Assembly (NCBI RefSeq): GCF_018350175.1
Contig: NC_058369.1
Coordinates: 25,174,001 to 25,238,000 of the forward strand
Length of the DNA stretch: 64,000 bases
Source of the DNA: Felis catus
Lineage: Eukaryota
Direction of reading: 5' to 3'
Shown here: in pieces, positions 39,040 to 51,950 of the stretch
Layout of the letters: each line of letters starts with the position of its first letter
Position numbering within the stretch: position 1 is the stretch's first letter
The notes under the pieces: generated by a model
Databases searched by the model: none
The model's input: only the letters and a program-made list of their open reading frames with translations
Told to the model about the DNA's origin: nothing
Made by a program: the position numbers and the translations under genes

Positions 39040-40330
39040 TCCGCCTTCCTCGCCTCTACCTCACGGTCCTCTGGCCGCACTATTTAAAAGATGCAGCCGC
39101 CAGCACACGGGCCGGGCGGTCCCGGAACCGCGGCCGCCGCCCTGCGCGTCCAGAGCCGCGTTCCTCGCGGCGAAGTGACCGGCAGCCCCGCGAGCCACTA
39201 CCAGCAGCGCCCGACGCGACGCTGACCTGTGGGCGACCCACCAAGGCTGGGGAAGACACCAAGGAAAAGGACAGGTGGCGCCTCCCTCCCCGGAAGTGGC
39301 TCTGGGAACGTTCGCCTAAGAGCTCCCAGCACCAAAGTCAGGGTCTCCGGCAGGAGCGGCCGCCGGTCCGGAGTGGCGGTGGCGCTGCCTACCTGCGCCG
39401 CGCCCAGGCACCCGAGTTGCGCTCCGAGTGCGCCGGGACCGGACAGCGCGCCGAGTCCGCTTCGGGCACCGGGACGGGTGGGGGCGACCCGGAGGTGGGG
39501 GGTGGGGGTCCAGCTCGGGGTTGTGGGTTAAGGCAGGGGAGGAGCCAGCCCCGGAAAGTGCCCGCTCCCGGGCGCCTAGCAGGGGTGTCCAGCCAGGGAG
39601 GGTCTAGCGGAGGGGCGGGGTTCGCGGCCAGCCGCCCTCACTCACCTCGGTGCTCAGCGCTGGCTCGGCCCAGAGGAGCGGGAGAGCGCACCGCGGCGAC
39701 CGCGGCGGTGGCGGCTGCTGCGGGGGCCGCTCCCCCGGGCGGGGCGGGGCCGGGGGCGGGGAGCCCGGGCCGGCCACGTGGGCGGGAGGCGGGCGGGGGA
39801 CCCCCTCTGGCGCCGGAGCCGGGTGGCGCGGGACCCGGACGCAGTCACGCCCGGCTGCTGCTCGGCACTCCCCCTCCGCTAGCCCCGCCGGGGTCCCTGA
39901 GAAGACTATGGAGGGATCTGGGCCCTGAGGCATTCCCCCCCGCCACCTAATCCAGACCCTGAAGGAGAGAATTTACAGCGTCGGGGAGGGGGTGTGCCTC
40001 CCGGCCCCAGCTCTTGCGGTGAAGGCGCTGCGGACAGCCCAGGGTAGACTCACGGGGTTAAGTATCGGAGCAGGAGGGGACTGTGGCGACTTAGGGGGCT
40101 GCCCTGACGGCGAGGGCCGGAGCCTGTGCGTGGAGCCCCACCCCGCTGCTAGGCTGACCTGGGGCGCGTCGGGTCTTGTCCAAGCCTCCCTTTCCTGGGC
40201 TGTGAGGGTCAGCATGAGGACGAGCCAGAGCTGCGCGAATCCCCGCACCACCAAACCCTCAGGAATCGCGGGGTTTGTGGGCGGGTGCTGAGCCAGAAAG
40301 AGCAGCAGCCTGCAGTGGCCTGGGTCACCG
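39040..40330. promoter_or_regulatory. CpG island; distal promoter of ARHGEF3
   Basis: Very GC- and CpG-dense compared with the CpG-depleted flanks. Multiple GC boxes (ggggcgggg at 39612, 39741, 39753). Contains a strong minus-strand splice donor. Confidence 0.9.
39646..39760 (-). other. ARHGEF3: ARHGEF3 non-coding exon 1 (5' end approximate)
   Basis: Consensus donor GAG|GTGAGT (intron starts at 39645) inside the CpG island. Same strand as the coding exon at 1105-1197 and fits the synteny with IL17RD. Confidence 0.7.
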
Positions 40331-40441
40331 TGCGGAAATAGACGTGGGAATCCAACTAAAACTATTTTCTGCATTCATTCATTCAGTAGATCACCGCCTG
40401 CGGCCCTCAGGATCCCATACAATCAGAAATATAAAGAATGG

Positions 40442-40612
40442 GGGCGCCTGGGTGTCTCGGCTGGTTAAGCGCCAGCTTCTTGGTTTGGGCTGAGGTCATG
40501 ATCTCACGGTTTGTGAGTTCGAGCTCAGCTGGCTGAGCGGACAGCCCCTCCGCCCCCGCCCCCTCCCCGCGCATGCTCGTTCTCTCTCTCTCGGTCTCTT
40601 TCTCAAAATAAA
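40442..40612 (+). mobile_element. Internally deleted, GC-rich CAN-SINE at the CpG-island edge
   Basis: SINE head and tail present, middle shortened. Confidence 0.75.
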
Positions 40613-40650
40613 TGGGGGGGGGGGGGAAGAGATACAAAGACTGCCCTACA

Positions 40651-40812
40651 GGGATGCCTGGGTGGCTCATTTGCTTGAGTGTCCAGTTCGTTATTTCATC
40701 TCAGGTCTGTGATCCCAGGGTCTTGGGATGGAGCCCTGTGTCCAGTTCCAAGCTGAGCGTGGAGCTTGCTTAAGGCTGGCTCGCTCTCTCTCCCTCTGCC
40801 CCTCTCCCCTAC

Positions 40813-40879
<67 letters not shown>

Positions 40880-40895
40880 AAAAAAAAAAAAAAAA
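40651..40895 (+). mobile_element. CAN-SINE with long (CT)n
   Basis: SINE head, (CT)n at 40818-40875, poly-A. Confidence 0.85.
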
Positions 40896-42453
40896 GCCAT
40901 ACACTGTATGGCTCTTATAAAAGTAAACCATCGTGATAAAAATCGAAAATTCATTAGTTGCTCTCATAATCCAGGTGTGCCTTTTAAGTGCTTGATCTAT
41001 TTTAACATTCACAACAGCCTCGTGAGGTATAAGAGTTGTGTGGGCCCACTTCTCAGATGAAGAAACTGAAAAAGTGAAGCCAGCCCCCAGGTCAGAGAAA
41101 AGAGGGTCAGCCCAAGAATTATGGCTTTTGCCAGACTGACCTTCCGTTAAATGGCAAGAACAGCCTCTGAGTGGACCCCCTCCGTCTCTAACCACCACCC
41201 CCTCATTCACAGGAAGAGGGGGCTGGTGAAGGCTCGCTGGGAGGCACCTGTCCTGACAGCAGCCTCTGGGAAGCGGCCCTCACAGCCCAGGCCCCCAGGC
41301 CCCACAGGAGGTGTTCAGAACTGCTCTAGCAAAGCTGAGACTTCACTGAAGCCCCTGTGTATTGTTGCAGGCACTCAGCCTCCTAGTGCTGGGTGGCCTC
41401 TTCCTGGCCGACAGCCTGCCTTTGGGGCCAGAAACTAAGCATCTTGAGCAAACTAACTTTCATTTCAACAGCTGCAACTTCATTCCACTACAACTTTAAA
41501 GGGACTCCTTGACCCCAAACCCAGTGCCTCATTACCCACCTGTTCCTTGTTCAAAGAACAGGTAGCCTATGCAGTACTCCATTTCCAAGGGCAAAACCTA
41601 TATCCAGACTCCTAGTCCTCAACCTATTCCCCCAAACCTCTTTTGTTATTCTCTCCTTTACCCCTTCCACACTGAAGAAGATCCCTGTTACAACCAGCCT
41701 GTTTATAAAGTAATAATAAACGGCTTCCACTCCCCCATTAACCCGGCAGGAACTTCAGATGCACAAGCCAACACGTGGGGCTCTACTCAGGCAGCCTTAT
41801 CAAAAATAAAAGTTTTATTCCCATTAGATTCCACTTAACAATGATTTGAGTATCTGCTACATGCTACACACTGTGCTGGTCTCTGGGGAACAGTAGTGAA
41901 TCTCAACAGGACAGAGTCCCTGACCCCATGGAGCTTGCAGGTGATGCAGGAACAGACAGACCCTCACCAGGCAGATGGGGAGCAGGATGCGGGAAGAGAC
42001 ACACCTGAGGAAGAGCTGGCCCTGATTCAGGCATAGAAAGACTTCCTGCGGGAAGTGGGCCTCAGCTGACCCTTGACCAGGCAGGGAAACCAGCCGGGGA
42101 GGGCAGAACCAGAGATGCAGAAGCCCAGAGGTGGGAGAGCACAGGGCACATGTCTGTGAGGTCCAGGAGGAATGAGACTAGAGAGGCCTTGATGGCCAGG
42201 GTGAGACACCAGACCTTAACTGTTGAAAGGTGCAGGCATAAGTGATGAGGTCCCTCGGCTGCAGAGAAATGGTCCCATTGCTGCTGAATGTGACTTTCTC
42301 ATGGGAAAGTCTCCTGTACACAGCAAAGGCAATGTACATTGTTATTATTATTGCTAAAGGTAAACTCCTTGACTTCCTCTTTTATTATTCAGGGTCTCCA
42401 GAAGTCAGAACAGATCTGTAAGTAGGATATGTAGGCTAAAAGAAATCAGTTTA

Positions 42454-42573
42454 GGGGTGCCTGCGTGGCTCAGTTGGTTAAGCGTCTGACTCTTGATCTC
42501 AACTCAGGTCTTGATCTCAGGGTTGTGAATTCAAGCCCTGTGCGGGGGCTCTACTCTGGGCATGAAGCTACTT

Positions 42574-42618
<45 letters not shown>
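42454..42618 (+). mobile_element. Short CAN-SINE with a (CA)n tail
   Basis: Short-type SINE followed directly by (CA)n. Confidence 0.85.
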
Positions 42619-42619
<1 letters not shown>

Positions 42620-43268
42620 CAACTTAATCCTACAAGGGCTTATATTCAGCATGCCATCCCCTCCCACCCACACCATGCTCAGCCCCGTGGAGGGGGCAGG
42701 GGAAAGGACTTGGTTCCTAGACTCATGTTAGGACTCTTTGGAGGAACAGATGATACACCCAAAGGGAGTCCTTTGGTGTGGGGGTGGGGTGGGGGAGGGA
42801 TGGCAAGAAATGTGGGTTTCTATCCACCAAGTTTTGAAACTGGCAGACAGGCCAGAAGACATTGATGATGAGCTGGTTTTTCTCCTTGAAACAGTTCAGG
42901 AGGGCCTGTTCCTGAATTCAGCCCCATCTCCTCCAACTCTCCAAGACAGGATGAAATGGGGCCAGGGCAGTCACCTTACTAACTCATCAACTGGGAAAGC
43001 CGGGTGTCTGCAGGAGGCCCCCACATGGCCTGCAGAAAGGGCAGATGATGCGGTATCACTGATCCCAACTAACAAGCAATGGCAGGAAAAGGGCCAAGGT
43101 GAGGTGCCAGGTAGCACAGCTGAGGAAAGTGACCACATGTGAAGGCACCACCAAGGACAAGGGCAAGGATGACACATTTGAGACCACTCCCCTGTCCTCC
43201 TGGTGCCCACTCAGTACCACGGGGCACTGACTATTGTGTGCAACCTTACATTCAAAACCCTCTGATGA

Positions 43269-43489
43269 GGGGCTCCTGGGTGACTCAGTCGGTTGAGTAT
43301 CCGACTTCGGCTCAGGTCATGATCTTATGGTTCATGGGTTCAAGCCCCTCATCAGGCTCTGAGCTCTCAGCTCAGAGCCTGGAGCCTGCTTTTGATTCTG
43401 TCTCCCTCTCTCTCTGCCCCTCCCCTGCTCATGCTCTGTCTCTCTCTCTTTCTCTCTCTGTCAAAAATAAATAAATATTACAAAAAAAA
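43269..43489 (+). mobile_element. Felid CAN-SINE
   Basis: TSD cctctgatga. Confidence 0.9.
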
Positions 43490-43576
43490 CCTCTGATGAT
43501 GTAACACCACTCATTGTAAAACAATGCAGAGGGACAGCCTGGCTGGCACAAAGAAGCGTGTTTACAGAGTATTGAA

Positions 43577-43578
43577 AA

Positions 43579-43625
<47 letters not shown>

Positions 43626-43627
43626 AT
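43577..43627 (+). repeat. (TAAA)n microsatellite
   Basis: Seen directly in the sequence. Confidence 0.95.
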
Positions 43628-45943
43628 ATTTTTTTAATGTAGAAAATACTGACAGGTTTAAAGAATAAAATAAAACCCACACACAAGCACACCACCTAGT
43701 GATAACCACTGTTAATTTGTGCCCTTTATTTTCGCTTAACCTACTGTGAGTCTTTCCCTTTGTCATGAAATACTCTTCCGCAATATGATTGTTAAAAGCC
43801 ACTTGTATGAATGTGCCCTCTTCTTAGAATCAGTCTGACCAGTACTTGGTGTGCTTCTCATTTCTCAGTATCTGGGATAAGTAACGCTTGCTAATGAAAA
43901 CCCACACACAATAAATGTTGGCACACATATCTGGTTATTTCCTAAAGACAAACCTGTAAGTGGGGTCACAGGGAAAGACACTCAACTCTTCTGCAGGCAG
44001 CACTGTACAGACAGATGCCCTCTCCCTTTTGGTGGGGGAGGGGCGTTGTTGAAAGATGGGGAGCATCCAGTTGAAGTGGCACTAATCTGGTACAGTCCCC
44101 ACCCAGGGGATGGGGATACCTGTGGAAGGATTAAGGTATTGGTCTTACTGTTCAGGCCTCGGCAATGCTCTGCAAGTGGCCACACCATTTCTTTCAAAAC
44201 AGACCCCTTCTGTTCTCATAATCTTGGTTAAAGGAAAACCTGAGAAGCAAGCTTGAGCAGTGGAGTGGAAAGAGAGAGAGGGGCTTTGGAGTAGAAAACA
44301 CCCAAGTTCAAATCCAACCTGGGTCCTACTCTGGGGTAGCACATCACCTAAGCTCCAAAGTTCCATTAGGAGGATGTGATGTAGTCAGGCAATGGCATAA
44401 TGCTTGACACAGTAGCAGCCATCCGACTCACAGGGGTGATTCTAATATGTACCATGTCACTGACCAATCTCGTGTCTACAGGAATCTAAGTCCCACAGGG
44501 AGTGAAGCCCTGACACAGTACAAGCCATTCAAGTGACTCTCAGCTCTGGGGATCATGGTAATGGTAAAAGAATAGTGACCTCATTTCAATTTGCAAAGAA
44601 AGGAATAAATGTTGTTCCTCCAGGAAACCTTTTAAAATTTACTAGTAACTGTTACTGCTTACTCTTGATGACATCAGAGACAAATGTTAATGGTTTTGAG
44701 GACCTGCTATGTGCCAGGCACCATGCTGCGCCCTCTACCTGCTTTATCCTTACAACAACCCCAGAAGTCAGATGCATTTTTACCCCCATCCAACAGATGA
44801 GGAAACTGAAGACCAGAGAGATGAGGTGTCTTGCCCCAGTGACAATTGAGTGGTAGGGCTGGGGTCTCTAGCTGGTTCAAGAAATCGAATCTGAGCCCAA
44901 CCCAGAAGGAAGGCCTACTGTAAATGACACAGCCCTCCCTCAAGGAGCAGCCATTCTTGTGGGCAAGAGGAACCATCACATAATCACACAAGCTGAGCTA
45001 AGTGCTCCTGAAGGCAAATGTCAGGACCTAGACCATAATGAACAGTGGTCAGGGAAGGTTTGACAGCAAAGGAGGGATGGAAACAGAGAGAGAGTGTTCC
45101 AGGCAGAAGATATGGCATACGCGAAGTTCCAAGGCAGAAACACATGAGTGAGGGATCTCAAAAAACCCTGGGATGGCCCTGAAGAAAAAAGGAACACACA
45201 GAGAAGAGATTGGCAAGGGGCCAGATCAGAACATCAGAGGTCACTTCCAGGGCCACTGGCAGTTTCAAGCAGGAAGTGACCTCCTGATCAAGTAGCCATC
45301 TCTCATAGAGGTCATTGCCAGTCACTCTTGGAACTAAGACCTCCAAGAGATAGGAATTTATGTCAGTTTCTAGCCCATCAGCCACCCCAGCCAGGCTGAG
45401 GCAGACATTTAAGGGATCCCTCTTTATAGCCACACATCCCTTAACCTGCCCCAGGGGACCACCTCCCCACAGGCAGAGGGGAACTCACAGTGAGATCATG
45501 ACCTGAGCCGAAGTTGGATGCTTAACCGACTGCCACCCGGGTGCCCCTTTAAGGCTCCGTTTTAATCACAAGGATTCTCATCGTAACAATGAGAATAGAC
45601 ACATACACAGGTGCGTAGCGTCTGTAAGTACATCTAACTTCAGTGCAAAAACCAAAGGCAGGACGTGCCTGTGTTTGCATTCTGCTGCCAGGCGTGCCGG
45701 CCTTTCTTTGCTGTGAGGTCTCCTTCTCCGTGGCCTGGCCTGGCCCACACTGGTGGGAAGTGTCTATGATTTGTCTGAAAGCTGACACCCGCCCACTTCT
45801 TGGAATGTCTCTGACCAGCCAGAGGGGGCACCACCAGGCAGGACCAATCATCCTGGAGGACTACTTCTCTGTCTCTGTCCCCTCCAACTTTGTAAATCAG
45901 AGAATTCCCTAATCTTTTCCTCATAGTCAGAGAAACAATCCCA

Positions 45944-46154
45944 GGGGTGCCTGGGTGGCTCAGTCAGCTAAGTGTCAAGACTCTTGATCTCACGATTTGT
46001 GAGGTCAAGCCCCACGTCTGGCTCTGCAGTGACAGAGCAGAACCTGCTTGGGATTCTCTCCCTCTCGGTGTCTCTCTCTCTCTCTCTCACTGTCCCTCCC
46101 TGACTCACACGCACGCTCTCTCTCAAAATAAATAAATAAATTTAAAAAAAAAAA
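45944..46154 (+). mobile_element. CAN-SINE
   Basis: SINE structure with an internal deletion in the head. Confidence 0.85.
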
Positions 46155-47479
46155 GAGTTCTCCTCCTTTAAGACCATTATATAAAAAAATTATATTACCT
46201 AAAAGAAAAATCAATGTTATTTAAAAAGACAGAGAAAAGAAAAAAAAAAAGAAAAATTCCCAGCTTTTGTTCACATCTAGAGTGGGGCATGTCCATCTGC
46301 CTGGCACAGGGTCCTTGAAGCACCAAGTCCAGAAAAAAAGTCTCTCTCTCAGGGCTGGCAGGTGACTAGGAAAAAAGGAGGCTGGTGAATGGAACATGAG
46401 CAGATCTGAGTTCACGGTCCGTTAGCACAGGCTACATACGTTCAATTATCAAGAAAACCAGCATTACTGTCCTAATTTAATTTTGCTAGGAACACATTCT
46501 TCCTCCCCAACTCCCATCCCTTCCTTCCTAGACCAGCATCAAACAAACAGGCATGAACCCTGTCTCTTCTTTCAGGGGATAAGATGCTTTAACTCAGCAC
46601 CTGACAAAGTCCCTGGGCTGAAGCTCCTATCAGCAGGTAACTGTCTCCCTCCCATCCCCATCTGACCCCCACAGAACCCAAGTCTTGCTCTTCCACAGAC
46701 TGACTGATAAACCACTACTTACCAACTGCCAGGCACTTCCAAGCATGACCACGGGTGCTTCATAAACCCCATCTCATTTCATCCTCACAATAGCCCCTAT
46801 GCAGTGGGTATTAGTCCCAGTTTGCAGATGAAAAAAACAGGCTCAGAGCAATTAGGTGATTTGCCCACAGTCCCATATATAGAAAGAGACGGACTCAGAA
46901 GGGAAGGGATCGTGTATGCATCTTGCCCATTACTGTGTTGCCAGTACACACTTTAGACTCTCAGATGAATGTTGTAAGAGCATTGTATCATCGGTAAATG
47001 TGACAGCTGGTGCAACATCCTCTCCAGAAAGAGCCCCGGGAGCCGAGCTCACTGATCTTGCATTACTTTCCCTTAATCCCAAAGACCCTATTTGAATTTT
47101 GTCTCATTGCAAAAGGTCTCACCTCAGGTTTGTGTCCTTCCCTCCTTCATCGCATCCTCTACCTTATCGTATTCTTGGACCACTTCTGATTTTGTTCCTG
47201 TGAACAGTGAGGGCAGGGTATGCTGGGGCTAGGGGTGGGAAACAGACATTTATTGAAGGCCCACTATGCCCAGGACAGCAAAGATATATTTTTATGTCTC
47301 CTTCCACCATCTGCTTAGCTTACTGTTAGTAGTCTCTTATTCAATTAAAGCAGATGAAATTCTAATTAAAGCCTGCAAGGGAAGCTGGTCTTTGCTACCT
47401 TTAAAGTTTGCATTTCTAAAACAAAGTAAAGCCAGTGTTGAGGCCCCACAGATGCTGGCGATTATAAGAACCCTAAACA

Positions 47480-47602
47480 GGAGCACCTGGCTGGCCCAGT
47501 CAGTAGAGCATGTTACTCTTGATCTTGGGGCTATGAGTTTGAGCCCCAAATTGGGTGCAGAGATTACTTTAAAACTAAAAAGAGGAAAAAGGAAAAAAAA
47601 AA
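47480..47602 (+). mobile_element. Short old-type CAN-SINE
   Basis: TSD-like aaccctaaacag / aaccctatgcag. Confidence 0.8.
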
Positions 47603-49334
47603 CCCTATGCAGCTGTAAAAACAGGCTCTATTTTCTAACACTGTGGTAAAAATTAGGGTTTCTCTGCTGTCCAAAGAGGATTTTCCTCCTAATAGGTAAG
47701 AATTCACTTACTGCACCAACTGCCCAGTAAGATTCTTCCAATCAAGTCCTTTTAGATCTATTTGCTTAACCTGTGAAAGAAATCTACTCTCAATATTTGG
47801 ATAAGGGAACCAAGCCACCATAACTTGGCACTCCAGGTCCTTCCTTCAGCCTATCGGCTATACAGAGGGACAGTTCAGCCTACTGGTTAGGGATGAGGAT
47901 GCTTCAGTTCGATGCACAAATCTCTGAGCTGCCAATCCCTTGTCTGTGCTCTTGGCAAAGCTAACGGATTTCCTGACTTCAGCATCTCAAAAATGAGAGT
48001 GCTAATAGTACCTCGTATATTGGGTTGTGGTGAGGAAAGACACAAAGAGCACTCAGAGTGGGAACTAACATCCTGTGGCTGTCTGTCCTCACTTGCTGTC
48101 CCCACTAACGTTATGGGAAAGCACTCTACTGCCTTTGGCCACACGTACACTTGCAAGTCCTCCCCCACCTACCTGGGCGGCCAGACCTTTACCAAGGGGA
48201 CCTGTGAGCAGCCTCGGCAGGGTTTGCTGCAGCTCATATCCCAGCTCTGCTACTAGCTAGCTGTGAGATCAAGAGTAAGGGACAGCCTCTCCAAGCCTCT
48301 GTAAAATGGGGGCAGTACGATTACCCATGTAGCAGAGTATCTGTGAAACTAAATGAGATGATGGCGTGTAAAGCATGTGGCGCTCAAAGGTTGGCTCTTA
48401 GAAATGTGGGGAAATGGCAGGGAGCAGGGGAAAGAGGAGATGAATGGGGAAAAACATGCAGTCTCCTGGGTGAATATGAACAGGAAAACTGAAGGCTATG
48501 CCAAGCATCAGAGGCAAGAACATGGCTGAATTTCCGCCTCAGCAGTGCTTCGCTCAGAGCGGTTTTTGTTTTGTTTTTTAACAGTCCTGCGGGGAAGGGT
48601 AGGGGGAAGAACCAGAGGACAAGGAAAACCCAATGTTCCCAAGACCCAACTCGTCCACCATATTCTTTTCAGACAATGGCCAGGAGGCTTGTATCCTGTG
48701 TCCCTGCTGTTTCTTACCACTTGTTGTCCTGTCCTGGATACCTGTCATTTCTGAGCACTGTGTGCCAGTAAGCACTTCACATTCACCTCCCTGTGAGGGA
48801 GGGCCTTTGGCCCATTCTAGAGATGAGAAACTGAGGCCCAGAAGTGCAGCCACAGGGTCACAGTGGCAGAAACAGAGCTGGGAACTCACCCCAAAGTTGA
48901 TGGGCACCAAGAAGTTAACTCACAGAGTGCTGGCACACAGGAGGTGGGATAATGTCTATAGGAAGAAATAAAAAGGCACTTCTTTGTCTTATTGGATGGC
49001 AGGAAGTTTGTGGCTCCCACATTTCAGTGGCTCTTTTCAAATTTCTGAAAAGAAAGCCCATTTGTTCTGACAGTCAAATTTCTCCTTGATAGGAGCATCC
49101 CTGCTCCTGACTCCACACAGGCAACACATCACTGCCCACCAGAGGGCAAGGCAAACAGCCACGGCAGCAGGTTTCATGTGCAAGAAAGACATACTGGCTA
49201 CCCTCACCTCCTCACCCTGGATATTCTTCCTCCTTCCCAGAGGCAGAGCCCTCGGAAAGCTGTGCTAAGAACCCAGCTACTCGGGAAACAGGAAAGAGGA
49301 TCTAGAATCATGAACCACTGCAATCTTAAAACAT

Positions 49335-49340
49335 TTTATT
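49335..49340 (-). terminator. Probable distal polyadenylation signal (AATAAA) of IL17RD
   Basis: Canonical hexamer at the end of an AT-rich block, with several TGTA elements upstream on the minus strand. Confidence 0.7.
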
Positions 49341-51581
49341 TGATGCAGAAATCCTAAGGTACAAAAACATTTTGCAAATGTCAGCTGTGACCTACTGTCA
49401 CCTATTTACAGTTATGTACAAATCAGATAAGACATTGTTTTCAATGTAAAAATATAGCACACTGCTACAGTCCTGCTATTCCACCAAACCCCACAAAGGA
49501 CAAACTTAAAGATGAAACAAAGACAATGGCAACAACCACCATGTTCCAATGTTCCACAGGCTTTCCCCCCCTTGATCGTAGTCACAGGGAGCTTCTGAAG
49601 TGAAAAAAAAATAGTAAAAATAGAAGTTACCTACTCTCTAAATGAACACATGTGGTTTTTACAAAAGTTTTTGCTTTGTCCAGACTCACCATGGTTTTTC
49701 TTGAGAGAAAAAACACAAGTTTTACATAACAATTACACATTAAGTGTAATAACCCAAAGGAATTTGTCTAACAGATGGAGCAGCCAACTTTGTCTACAGC
49801 ATGTACAAATAGAAGAATGCTTCTTTGAATATTCTCCACTGACATTTTATTTGATACAAATGTCAGAGATGCAGTCATAATGGTTTGCTTTTCTCAGGCT
49901 TCTGATTGTGCAAAACACAGTGCTAGGTCATTTCAGAGCCATGGCCCCAGCCCTTCAGAACACAGGAAAGCTCCTGGAAGAGTCTGTGGTCCCAGCTGAA
50001 CTTCGGGCAGGAAACAAAGAGCAGGAGGGGGGACAATTGGCCAAAATTCCCAAGAGGTTGTCCCTCACCTTCCTTACAAATTAGCCCTTAGCAGCTGCTA
50101 TCTTGCCGGTGATTAAGCTGAAGTCTGAACCATCTAATAATATTGAGTCATGAATTAAAGGCAAGGTCTAGAGGTATGTAAAATAGAATCCAAAATTGGG
50201 AGGGAGAGGTAGCTACCACTCAGAAGGTAAGAGTTGGTCTTGAAGAGAATTTTGGAGCTCAGGAATGACATCAAACACATCAGGAATAAGCACCAAGTGT
50301 CTGACCAGAAGAGGGGAAAAGAAAACACAATAGAAGACGATTGTTGGGGAGGAATGGATGGGGCGACCAAATAATCCTCAAAATGAATGCAGGCGATATA
50401 CCATTTTTAAAAAGTGCCACTGTATTTGTAAGTAGTAAGAGAAGCTGGGCACACGAGAATTTCCCTGTAATCCCCATCCTGAGCTTGGCTGTCACAAGGC
50501 ACCAATGCGAAGAAGGCACCACATTCTGTTTCGGCAACCAACCAGAGTGTGAAGCTGGGAAACAGAAGAGCAGTGAAAATTATTAAGCCCTTGGAAAACA
50601 AGAGCTATGAAGAATGGTTTAAGTAGGTGGGATTATTTATCACTGAAATAAAAACACCAGGGGGATGACTTCACTGTGGTTTTCAAATACACGGAAGGTA
50701 ACCAGCTGTTCTTTTTCCACTACATGCAGAACAAAAGAAGGCTGGTTTGAATTTCTGTAAGATGTACAAAGAACTATCTGATCAGCAGGGCAGGTTACAG
50801 AATTTCCCTCACTGAAAATCCAGAATCCCATCCATAGCCATATGTCTGAAATAATTCAGGCTCAGCCCTGGCTGACACCGGCAGGGGAGACATCCTAGAT
50901 AATCCAAACTTTCTCCCAGCTCCAAAACTCTGAAATTGGAATCCAAGCTATTGGCTTACGGTCAGACTTCCTTTTGTTTATTTTCACCCTGAGCCTGGAA
51001 AGGAGGGGACACAGAAAGGATGACCCAACACCCCAGGAGGACTCCTAACTGATCTCTCGGTATCAGGAAAAGCTTTTGTCTGGATACTGTTTCACATCTC
51101 CAAAACACAGTCACTTCACAGATCATTTAAAACAGAAGACAATGCAAATACCTGGCTCTAGTGGACACTCGGGGATTCCCTGCCCTGCTCCCCACAACGC
51201 CTGCTTTTCTCATTAAGTCTTGGCCTAAGCTCAGAATTGCACATCATTTAAAAAATTATGAAGCCAAGAACTAAAACTATAAATAAGGCCCTTTAGGTTG
51301 TGGAGTTTAAATGAAAATTGTCCCAAGTGTTATGCTTTTTAAATTGGGGAACATAAATCTGATTTTGAAATTAGTAACTGGCCTGCCTTTCTCTTAAGGC
51401 ACCACGAAACATAAAGAAGCCCTCAAACATTTCAAATACATTCATAATCGTATCAAACTACCTTGGGGGAGGCAAGGTGGGGAAGAAGCAATCCAGACAC
51501 CAGCTGCATTTAGCAAGAGCATTTTCTGGTGGTACCAGACATCTGTAATTACCATGAACGCTTTTCATTTCAAATCTTACA

Positions 51582-51950
51582 AGGCAGAGGTAGCAAACTG
51601 GCATCTAGTGGGCCAAATCAGGCCCACTCATGTGTTCTGTTGAATCTGAATTGAAAAAAAAAATCTTTTAATTTAGCTGCCAATACTTTAGAAAATTAGA
51701 AACTTTCCTATCAAATTCCAGATTCTCAGCTTCTCTTGAAAAATGGGAAGATCAGGAGACACCACATGGCCACAAATGGCTGGAGTAGCTGCCCTCCTAT
51801 GGGTGGGACACGGAGCACTTCAGTTTGCCACACTCCCCACCATGCCCTATGGTCTCTCTGACACTGAGAAGGTAGGTCATTGCCATTTATCACCACACTT
51901 CATTGATCTGTCGTCCTGGCCCGCTGCACTGGCACCTCCTGAAGGCACAG
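51582..51950. mobile_element. hAT-Charlie relic (MER102-like) inside the IL17RD 3'UTR
   Basis: cagaggtagcaaactggc...gggccaaatcaggccc terminus and the cttctcttgaaaaatgggaagatc motif. Confidence 0.55.

Noticed and set aside
39081..39089. TATTTAAAA as the TATA box of an antisense promoter
   Set aside because: A single short motif at the island edge with no other support.
39229..40374. Several overlapping G/A/P/R-rich ORFs (up to 177 aa)
   Set aside because: Expected from stop-codon scarcity in a CpG island. No recognisable protein.
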